Of a stretch of DNA of 64,000 nucleotides, positions 24,101 to 36,100 are shown piece after piece (within the stretch, counting starts at the first letter, position 1; every line of letters starts with the position of its first letter). Below the pieces are notes generated by a model that saw only the letters and a list, made by a program, of their open reading frames with translations, had not been told where the DNA came from and made no database searches. A program made the position numbers and the translations under genes. The DNA lies in the NCBI GenBank assembly GCA_964016885.1, contig OZ024759.1:3906001-3970000 (forward strand). Direction: 5' to 3'. This stretch comes from Eledone cirrhosa (lineage: Eukaryota).

Positions 24101-27100
24101 AATATCAGTGGACACTAGGTACATAGGAGGCATACTGAGAACATCAGAGGCTCACTGGGCACATCAGAGACACACTGGGAATACAAGAGGCACACTGGGA
24201 ACATCAGAAGCACAGTAGGCACATCCGAGGCACACTAGGTATATCAGAGACACACTGGGAACACAAGAGGCAGACTGGGAGCATCAGAGGCACAGTTGGC
24301 ACATCAGAGGCACACTAGGTATATCAGAGACACACTGGGAACACAAGAGGCAGACTGGGAGCATCAGAGGCACAGTTGGCACATCAGAGGCACACTGAGC
24401 ACATCAGAGACACACTGGGAATACAAGAGGCATACTGGGAACATCAGAAGCAGAGTAGGTACACAAGAGGCAGACTGGGAACATCAGAGGCACACAGGGC
24501 ACATCAGGAGGCACGCTGTTAATAAATGAACATTTACAGTTTAAAATAAGCATACTAACAAGCTTGGCAGTCATGACCAGTAAAACCAGGTAGACACTTG
24601 TTGTTTGGACAGTGTCCAGTTTTAGGGTTACAGTTTGCACTGTCCTTGCATTTACAGGGATTTGAACAATGGACACCAAAATAACCAGCTTTACACACTG
24701 TTAAAATAAAACAAACAAGTAGAAATATCTAACATTACTTTACAAATATATACAGGGTGCAGCATAAATACTGTTACAAAATATCAAATGAGTTTAAGTC
24801 ATAATATTAATTACTTTATGCTTTGCAGCATAGAGTTACGGCCCTTTATGATCTGAGTTCAAATCCCGCCCAGATTAACTTTGCCTTTCATCCTTACTGG
24901 GTCGATAAAATAAAGTACCAGTCACACACAGGGAGCGCTTTAATAGACCCCCCCCCCCACAAATTTCTGGCCTTATGCTTATATAAGAAACCAATAATAA
25001 TTACTTTATTATTGATCTGATTGCTCAAATATTAACCTAATACTATATACTAACTGTTTTGGGGGTTATATAAGGATTCATTGCACATTTTTTCATGTTC
25101 AGAGTTGCTGAAGCATGGAACAAATTACCTGCATCAGTTGTTAGCTACTGGGACACTACATCCTTTAAAACCTCCATGCTTCCTGAAATTCGCCAACACT
25201 ACACCTGATATCCCGCTTCCATACACACGCATGCATGTGTGTGTATTTCATGACTCATACACTGTTCACTTTCCTGACCTTTATACATTATTCTATGTAC
25301 TATATATGCACCTGAGCAGTGTACACAATAATTTCATTATTATTATTATTTAAATGTCCTTAGAATTGAAAGGAAAATTCATAATTGGACAGCATGAAAA
25401 AAAGTAGACTCCACCTCAGATTTTTATAACTGGAAAACAGCTTGAAATTAACAGAATGCTCATAAAAAGGACCATTGATCACTTCAAAGAAACTTCCTCA
25501 ACAAAAGCCAAGATCAGGACGTCCTAGCACCTTCTGAACACTAAAACTAATCAAATACATGCATGAGAAAATCAGATGTAAGCCAAAAAGATTCATGAGA
25601 AAAATGGTGAAAGAGGCCGAAATTTCAGAGAGATCCATGAGGAGGCTATGTAAAGATGATCTCGAGATGTGAGAACAAAAGGAAAGCATATCAAATAAGA
25701 TTTCATGGTGTTAATAAACATTTTATTAATTACATTGTGCCACAATTGTAGCTAGGTACAATAAATATTGAAGGAGTTATAAGCATTTTATTTTGTAACA
25801 GTATTTATGCCGTACTATGTAGTATTATGTGGTCAGAAACTCTCAAGAAAGTTGGACAGGAGAAGGTCACCAGAGAAGAACCACCCTCTCACCTCATGCA
25901 AGGGTTTCAGCCATTAACCCAGGCATGGGCAACCTTTTTCGAGAAGCGGGCTGCATGAGATATGGCTCATCATCAGGGAGGCCGCAAGCGCTAATTTACA
26001 TTTGTGCCCACATTAAAAAAAAAGGGTGATAACTCAGGTTGTTTTGATTTGTTTCTTCAGAATTCGTACACGTTGTTTTCCTCAATCGTTAAAAATTATA
26101 GAAAGATAAATTACGACTGAAAAGTTGGGGTAAAAAAATCAGAAAGATTTCACTTAGGTGATTTAGGTGAGTCATTTAGAAAGCTTCGTGGGCCGCACGT
26201 TACCCATGACTGCCTTAATCTATTTAACATTTACATTACTGTGTTTAAGTGTGTGTGAGTGAGTGCATTTGTGTGTTTTAATGTGAGTGTGTTTGTGTGT
26301 TTTAGTGTGTGAGTACATTTGAGCATTTAAGAGTGTGAAAGAGTATGTGTGTGAGTGTGTTTGTGTGTTTTAGAGTGTGAGTGCATGTGTGTGTTTATGT
26401 GTATGTGTGTGTGAACTCTTTTATTCACCTCTTACAATAGGAAAGGACACTGTGCCAGTTATTTTGTGTCTCAACTAATTGCAACAAAGCTAATAAACTT
26501 TCATGCTCTATTTAACACTAACACAAGTGTAAATGGTGTTAAACTTACAATCATGTTCTGGGTTTCATTCTTGGACTGGGTTGTGTGTTATGTTCTTGAG
26601 CAAAACATTATACTCAGTATGTATGTATGGTCCTGTAACTCCTGACAGAGTCGTAGAGGTGCCGTATTAACAGACATCATTTCTTGGGTATTTTAAGCCA
26701 GGCGGAGCCCATCCCTGTCCAGGCCTGAATACAGCAGATTTCTTCCAGAGAAAGATAGAAAGTGAGAGAGAGGAAATGAGAAAGAGATATAGAAGAAGAA
26801 TCGACCCCAGTACTAGACTGGTACTTTTTTATTGACATCAAAAGGATGAAAGGCAAAGTTGACCTCAGCGGGATTTGAACTCAGAGAGCAGAGAGTCGGA
26901 ACGAATACCACAAAGCATTCTATCTGATGTTCTAACGACTCTGCCAATTCACTGCCTATATACTCAGTATACTCAGTTGGAAATGAGTATCAACAATTGC
27001 TGGGGGGTTTTCTCTGCAATGGACTGGTGTCCTGTCCAGGTTGGAATTGTTTACTGTCAGTCACTTAACACCATGGAAACCAAGGTAAACCCTGGCCTGA

Positions 27101-30100
27101 TTAGCATCCAGGCTTGAGACAGACTTTAGACTCAGAACAAGTAACAGCCAAATTATAGATTAGTATGATGAAAAGGAAAGGACACATTAAATAGTGTAGT
27201 CCTAGTTATGCAATGCCTGAGAGAAGGGTGGAATGTGCTTATCTCGGTTTCCATGGTGTGAAGCAACTGAGAGTACAGAATTCCATCCTGCACAGGACAC
27301 CTGTCCTGTGCAGGATGGAATTTAAAATCCCCCAGCAATTGCTGGTACTCATTTTCAACTGAGTATACTACGCAAGAATGTTTTGCTTAAGAACGCAATG
27401 CACAGCCAAGTCCAGGAATCAAACCCACAACATTATGATTGTAAATCCAACAGCTTTACCACTTGTGTTAGTGTTAGATAGAGATGACAGCTCATTGATC
27501 TCATAACTAGTTTAAACTGTAAACAACTGACAGTGTCCTTACATATTATAAAGAGGTGAATAAAAGATATTGAAAAAGATACTGTCAATTCACCAGCTTT
27601 TATTTTAATTTACAAATCTGCCCCCCCCCCCCCCCCATAAAAAAAAAGACAATGGAAATTCGATATTTAGTTTTACTCACCATTTTGGCAGTTTCTTCCT
27701 TCAAAACCAGCAACACATCTTCCGTCAGAACATATTCCTGTCACTGAGTCACATTTGTTGCTGTCTACACAGTGACATATACCTTCACAGTTGCTGCCAA
27801 ATCTACCATTCTGGCAGACTTTCAAAGAAACAAAAACATTGTTTGTTAATAAAAAAAAAAGCAAACCCTTTTTGGTTCAGAAACTTCTGGCGGAATCCCA
27901 AAGTCTCATATTTTTATATGGTTTGAATATAAATATACTTCTCTACCTTTTTTTCATGGAACCCCAGACATTCCTTTGCAGAACCCTTGGGTTCCATGGA
28001 TCCCACTTTGGGAATGACTAATAAAGAACAACCTAAAGTTTTGAGAGATAAAACAAGAATTCATATATGTTGCACAGAGTAATTAGCTTCTTTCATTTCA
28101 CTCACCTGTTTGACAGTTGTTACCTTTATAGCCAGGTGTACACCCACCACTCGAACAGGTGCCAGATTTAGGGTTACACGTGCTATTGTCATAGCAGTGA
28201 CAGCTATAGCTACAATCTTTACCAAACTTGCCACTGGAGCACTCTGAAATATAGAGCTATTATTTATTATTTATTCATGAGTGAATAAGAATTGTTTCGA
28301 CTTTTGACACAAGGCCAGCAATTACCCCAGTGCATTACTGGTACTTTATTTTATCGACCCCGTAAGGACGAAAGGCAAAGTTAACCTTGGCGGGATTTGA
28401 ACTCAGACCGTAAAGAACCGTAACTCTATGCTGCAAAGCATGGCATCCGACGCTCTACCGATACTGCCAATCCACCACCCTCGCGATTCAATAATAATTA
28501 TTTCTACTTTTTGCACAAGGCTAGCAATTATCCCAGTGTATTACTGGTACTTTATTAGTAATACACTGGATAACAATAATGTTATAATAGTATTATAATA
28601 TCATTAATATTCAGTTTGTTTGCCAGCAAACAGCCTCATAAACACCACGTGTGTTTTCTAGATGAACAATGTCATCCTTTTGTTGTAAAGGGGAAAGAAA
28701 TGGGCAGAACTGTTGGAGTGTTTGTTGGATGAAATGCTTTGCAGAACTTCTGAGTTCTGAGTTCAAATCTTGCTCAGGTCAAACTTGAATGTCATTTTTA
28801 CAAGCTTGATAAAATAATGTACCAGTTAAATACTGGGGTAGATATAATCAACTGACTTTCTCTTTACTCCAAAATTAAGAAATCATTATTAACCCTTTAC
28901 CATTCACATTACTCTATATATAATATTGTATTTTCATGGTAAAGGCTTTATCTCACATAATTATCTCACATAATATCGAATCTATGAGATTTTGAAAGTA
29001 TTTATTTTGAGAACAATACCTTCACATCAGTTTGAGCGACCAGTTACAGCCAATATCAACAGAAAGAGGTAGAGAATTCTGGCCGGTTTGGGCCGGTTTG
29101 AACACGAAAGGGTTAATTAAAAACATAGGTACATTTGTGCTTTACATAGTTTTGGCTTGGTTTTACTGGTTGGGTATTTCTCTTGCAACCAACCACTTTA
29201 CTGAGTGGCCTGGGTGCACCAGTTCTTGAGAGATTGTACTAATTAGGGTGGCACCAAGTGGATACAAAATGTGGGACGAAAAGAAGAGAGAGGAGTCAGT
29301 TGAAAATGTCTGAGTGGAGGTGGCATGAACCTAGAATACTCCGAGGAACAGAGTCCAATATAGTAGTGGTGGAAAGCAGGAGGAGAAGGCACATGGGGAG
29401 AGTATCAGTGAAGAAGAGAAAAAATGGTGTATCCATTTGGTTTATAGTCAAGTTTTATTTTTTTTAAACAAGCACCTTTATAGGCTTAGTCGGCCTCCTA
29501 TGAGGTTGTCACCCCATAGGAAGTATTCTGGGTGTTTCAATGGTAAGGACACCATGCCTATCATGTTGTTGTTACAGCTCACATTTATGTAGGTTTGGCT
29601 GGCCCCCTACAAGGATGCACTCCATGGGAAATATTCTGGGTGTTTTAATAATAAGGACCCCAGGCCTATCATGTTGTTACAGCTCTACCTATGTAGGTTT
29701 AACTGGCCTCTGACAAAAATGCACCCCAAAGGAGCCTCGGTCTTTTCATGTCACTCTTTCCTTGGTAAGTTTGGAATCTCACTTTGAAGTGCCATGTGCT
29801 CACCTAGAAATACAAATAGCATAGAAGATCTACTGAATGACTCACCTGTCTGACAATTGCTACCTTGATAGCCAGCTTCACAGCCACCACTGGAACATAC
29901 ACCTGTGATGGGGTCACACTTGCTGTTGTTGGCACGGTGACATAAGTTAATACAGTTGTCACCAAATTTACCACTTCTACACTCTGGGTACATTAAATAT
30001 GAAGAATATAGAAGTTAGATGGAATGAGATGTGAAATGTATGTGATATACAATGTATGAGTTGTGAAATGTATGGGATGTGAAATGTAGGAATATGAAAT

Positions 30101-33100
30101 GTAGTGGGTGTGCAATGTAGGGATGTGAAATGTAGGGATGGGGAATGTAGGAGATGTGAAATGTAGGGATGAGGAATGTAGGAGATGTGAAATGTAAGGA
30201 TGTGAAATGTAGGGATGAGGAATGTAGGAGATGTGAAATGTAGGAGATGTGAAATGTAGGAGATGTGAAATGTAGTAGATATGAAATGTAAGAGATGTGA
30301 AATGTAAGAGATGTGAAATGTAAGAGATGTGAAATGTCGGAGATGTGAAATGTAAGGATGTGAAATGTAGGAGATGTGAAATGTAGGAGATGTGAAATGT
30401 AGTAGATGTGAAATGTAAGAGATGTGAAATGTAAGAGATGTGAAATGTAAGAGATGTGAAATGTAAGAGATATGAAATGTAAGAGATGTGAAATGTAGGA
30501 GATGTGAAATGTAAGGATGTGAAATGTAGGAGATGTGAAATGAAAGGATGTGAAATGTAAGAGATGTGAAATGTAGGAGATGTGAAATGTAAGAGATGTG
30601 AAATGTAGGAGATGTGAAATGTAGGATATGTGAACTGTAAGGATGTGAAATGTAAGATATGTGAAATGTAAGAGATGTGAAATGTAGGAGATGTGAAATG
30701 TAGGAGATGTGAAATGTAGGAGATGTGAAATGTAGGAGATGTGAAATGTAGGAGATGTGAAATGTAAGGATGTGAAATGTAAGAGATGTGAAATGTAGAT
30801 GTGAAATGTAAGAGATGTGAAATGTAGGAGATGTGAAATGTAGATGTGAAATGTAAGGGATGTGAAATGTAGGAGATGTGAAATGTAAGGATGTGAAAGG
30901 TAAGAGATGTGAAATGTAGGTGATGTGAAATGTAGGATATGTGAAATGTAAAGGTATGGATTGTATAATGTGAAATATAGATGTGAATTGTGTGAGATGT
31001 GAAATGTAGAGAATGTACAAAAATAACAGTAAACATCAATAACAACAACAGCAACCATCATCAACAACAATAGTGGTGGTGGTGGTGGTAATGGAGGTGG
31101 TGGTGGTAGTGGTGGTGCTGGTAGTGGAGGTGGTGGTGGTAGTGGTGGTGGTGGTCGATGTGGTGGTGGCAGTGGTGGTGGTAGTGGTAGTGGTGGTGGT
31201 GGTGGTAGTGGTAGTGGTGGTGGTGGTAGTGGTGGTAGTGGTGTGGTAGTGGTGGTGGTATTAGTGGTGGTGGTAGTGGTGGTGGTGGTGGTGGTGGTAG
31301 TGGAGGTGGTGGTGGTAGTGGTGGTGGTAGTAGTGGTGGTAGTGGTGGTGGTGGTGGTGGTAGTGGTGGTAGTGGTGGTGGTGGTAGTGGTGGTGGTGGT
31401 GGTAGTTGAGGTGGTGGTGGTGGTGGTAGTAGAGGTGGTGGTGGTGGAGGTGGTGGTAGTGGAGGTGGTGGTGGTGGTGGTAGTGGTGGTGGTGGTGGTG
31501 TTGGTGGTAGTGGAGGTGGTGGTGGTAGTGGTGGTGGCGGTAGTGGTGGAGGTGGTGGTAGTGGTGGTGGTGGTGATGGAGGTGGTGGTGGTGTTAGTGG
31601 TGGTAGTGGTAGTGGTGGTGGTGGTGGTGGTGGTGGTGGTAGTGGTGGTGGTGATGGTGGTGGTAGTGATGGTGGTGGTAGTGGTGGTGGTAATGGCAGT
31701 CGTGGTAGTGATGGTGATGGTGGTGGTGGTAGTGGTGGTGGTGGTCGATGTGGTGGTGGTGGCGGTAGTGATGGTGGTGGTAGTGGTTGTAGTAATGGCA
31801 GTGGTGGTAGTGGAGGTGGTGGTGATGGTGGTGGTGGTAGTGGTGGTGGTAGTGGTGGTGGTGGTGGTGGTAGTGGTGGTGGTGGTGGTGGTGGTGGTGG
31901 TAGTGGTGGTAGTGGTGGTGGTGGTAGTGATGGTAGTGGTGGTGGTAGTGGTGGTAGTGGTGGTGGTAGTGGTGGTGGTGGTGGTAGTGGTGGTGGTGTT
32001 GGTAGTGGAGGTGGTGGTGGTAGTGGTGGTGGTGGTAGTAGAGGTGGTGGTGGTGGAGGTGGTGGTAGTGGAGGTGGTGGTGGTGGTGGTGGTGGTGGTT
32101 GAGGTGGTAGTGGTGGTAGTGGTGGTGGTAGTGGTCGTGGTGGTGGTGGTGGTGGTAGTGGTAGTGGAGGTGGTGGTGGAGGTGGTGGTGGTGGTAGTGG
32201 TGGTGGTAGTGGTGGTGGTGGTGGTAGTGGTGGAGGTGGTGGTGGTGATGGAGGTGGTGGTGGTGTTAGTGGTGGTAGTGGTGGTGGTGGTAGTGGTGGT
32301 GGTGGTGGTGGTGGTGGTGGTGGTGGTGGTGGTAGTGGTGGTAGTGGTAGTGGTGGTGGTGGTAGTGGTGGTGGTGATGGTGGTGGTGGTGATGGTGGTG
32401 GTAGTGATGGTGGTGGTAGTGGTTGTAGTAATGGCAGTGGTTGTAGTGGTGGTGGTAATGGCAGTGGTGGTAGTTGAGGTGATGGTGATGGTGGTGGTGG
32501 TAGTGGTGGTGGTGGTGGTGGTGGCGGTAGTGATGGTGGTGGTAGTGGTTGTAGTAATGGCAGTGGTGGTAGTGGAGATGGTGGTGGTGGTGGTGGTAGT
32601 GGTGGTGGTAGTGGTGGTGGTGGTAGTGGTGGTGGTAGTACAGAGTATGGTGGTGGTGGTGGTGGTGGTTGGTGGTGGTTGTGGAGGTGGTGGGGTTGTG
32701 GTGGTGGTTGCAGTGGGAGTTGTGGTGGTTGATAGTGATGTTGGGTAGTGGTTGCGGTTGTGGTTGTGGTAGTGGTGGTAGTAGTGATGATGATGATAAT
32801 AACAATGATGATATTTATGATGATGATAGTACACCACTTACCTGTCTGACAGTTGCCACCTTCATATCCAGGAGCACATCCTCCATTAGAGCAGCTACCA
32901 GTCTGTGGCTTACATTTACTCTTGTCAGCACAATGACACATGTTTCGACAGTTTGGTCCAAATTTTCCTCTCTTACATCCTACAAATCAATCAATAACAA
33001 ATATATATTTTGGTGTGTATTTGTGTGGCCTTGTGGTAAGGGTGTTGGACTTACAATCATAATGTCGTGAGTTCTATTCCTCAACTAGGTTGTGTGTTGT

Positions 33101-36100
33101 GTTCTTGAGCAAAAGTATTTCCATTCATGTTGCTCCAGTATAATAATAATTGTTTCTACTTTTGACACAAGGCCAGCAATTACCCAGTACATTACTGGTA
33201 CTTTATTTTATCGACCCCGTAAGGATGAAAGGCAAAGTTAACCTTGGTGGGATTTGAACTCGGATCATAAAGGGACGTAACTCTATGCTTCAAAGCATGG
33301 CGTCCGACTCTCTACCAATACTGACAATCCACCGCTCCAGTATAATAATAATAATAGTGAAATTATTGTGTACAGTGCTCAGGTGCACTATAACTCATCA
33401 AAGGTGCATGTAAAGCACATAGAATAATGAACAAATGTCAGGAAAATGAACAGTGTATGAATCATGATAAACATATGTACGTGTGTATGGAGGAGGGATA
33501 TCAGGTGTAGTGTTGGCGAATTTCAGGAAGCTTGGAGATCAGTGCCAGTAATAGCTGGTGATTTAACCTTGGGATGGACTGGTGCCCTGTCCAGGGGAAG
33601 TTTTGTATTTTAAGTCACTTCATGCCATAGATAGCACTGGCCTGATGACCCTCAGCACTCGAGACACACTTTAGACATTTTTTTGTTTTTGTATATTCAA
33701 CAGCCCAGTCCTTCTAACTGTCGGTAGGTATCACACTGAGCAGAGTCCACTGTATTCCCCACACCTGGACAGGATGCTAGTCCATTGCATGGTATTTCAC
33801 TGCTATATTATTCTATCTACTCCAAAAGTATGACAGAAAAAGTTGATTTTGGTGGGATTTGAATACCGTTTTAAAAAAGAACTCAAAATCACAACCCATT
33901 AAAACCTTTAGAATTTAAACCGGCCACAATTCTCTCACTTCTTTATGTTCAAACCAGCCATAACTGGCTGCTCATACTTATGTTAAGGTATTGTTCTCAA
34001 AATAAATAATATCAAAATCTCATAGATTTGATATTATGTGAGATAATTATATGAGATAAAGCCTTTACTGTGAAAATATAATAGTGTATATGAAGTAGTG
34101 TAAATGCTAAAGGGTTAATCTGTAACTCTACTGCCCCTGCTACTCACATCTTCCTCATGATCAACATTTAACATTCACTTCCCCTGTAACCAAGAGTGGG
34201 ATGTGTCAACAGAGACCGACTCAGAACTTAATCGGAGCTACTGACCTCTCAGATGTTACTGGATACATTTCATCATGACTGAAGAGGACATTCATCCATT
34301 TGTCTGGTAGATTTTCTAAAGAAATAGAACTACAAAAGAGCACACACGTGTCTGACAGGTGCTACCTTATAACCAGGACCACACCATCTACTGTAACACA
34401 CCTGTCTGACAGGTGCTACCTTATAACCAGGACTACACTATCTACTGTAACACACTTGTCTGATAGATGATACCTTATAACCAGGACAACACCATCTACT
34501 GTAACACACCTGTCTGACAGGTGCTACCTTATAACCAGGATCACACCATCTACTGTAACACACCTGTCTGACAGCTGCTACCTTATAACCAGGACCACAC
34601 CTTCTACTGTAACACACCTGTCTGATAGATGATACCTTATAACCAGGACCACACCATCTACTGTAACACACCTGTCTGACAGCTGCTACCTTATAACCAG
34701 GACTACACTATCTACTGTAACACACTTGTCTGATAGATGATACCTTATAACCAGGACCACACCATCTACTGTAACACACCTGTCTGACAGCTGCTACCTT
34801 ATAACCAGGACCACACCATCTACTGTAACACAACTGTCTGACAGGTACTACCATATAACCAGGACCACACCATCTACTGTAACACACCTGTCTGACAGCT
34901 GCTACCTTATAACCAGGACCACACCATCTACTGTAACACAACTGTCTGACAGGTGCTACCTTATAACCAGGACCACACCATCTACTGTAACACACCTGTC
35001 TGACAGGTGCTACCTTATAACCAGGATCACACCATCTACTGTAACACACCTGTCTGACAGCTGCTACCATATAACCAGGACCACACCATCTACTGTAACA
35101 CACCTGTCTGACAGGTGCTACATTATAACCAGGACCACACCATCTACTGTAACACACGTGTCTGACAGGTGCTACCTTATAACCAGGACCACACCATCTA
35201 CTGTAACACACCTGTCTGACAAATGCTACTTTATAACCAGGACCACACCATCTACTGTAACACACCTGTCTGACAGCTGCTACCTTATAACCAGGACCAC
35301 ACCATCTACTGTAACACACCTGTCTGACAGCTGCTACCTTATAACCAGGACTTCACCATCTACTGTAACACACCTGTCTGACAGGTGCTACCTTATAACC
35401 AGGACCACACCATCTACTGTAACACACCTGTCTGATAGATGATACCTTATAACCAGGATCACACCATCTACTGTAACACACGTGTCTGACAGGTGCTACC
35501 TTATAACCAGGACCACACCATCTACTGTAACACACCTGTCTGACAGGTGCTACCTTATAACCAGGACCACACCATCTACTGTAACACACCTGTCTGACAG
35601 GTGCTACCTTATAACCAGGACTTCACCATCTACTGTAACACACCTGTCTGACAGGTGCTACTTTATAACCAGGACCACACCATCTACTGTAACACACCTG
35701 TCTGACAGCTGCTACCTTATAACCAGGACCACACCATCTACTGTAACACACCTGTCTGACAGGTGCTACCTTATAACCAGGACCACACCATCTACTGTAA
35801 CACACCTGTCTGATAGATGATACCTTATAACCAGGATCACACCATCTACTGTAACACACGTGTCTGACAGCTGCTACCTTATAACCAGGACCACACCATC
35901 TACTGTAACACACCTGTCTGACAGGTGCTACCTTATAACCAGGACTTCACCATCTACTGTAACACACTTGTCTGACAGGTGCTACCTTATAACCAGGCCA
36001 CACCATGTACTGTAACACACCTGTCTGATAGATGATACCTTATAACCAGGAACACACCTTCCACTGGAACACACACCTGTCTCTGTCTTACACCTACTAT

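Noticed and set aside
29977-32837. 940-aa poly-Thr, 501-aa poly-Val and [12 protein letters not shown] ORFs as stand-alone genes
   Set aside because: Microsatellite and 16-bp repeats lacking stop codons; they lie in the intron between two canonical EGF exons.
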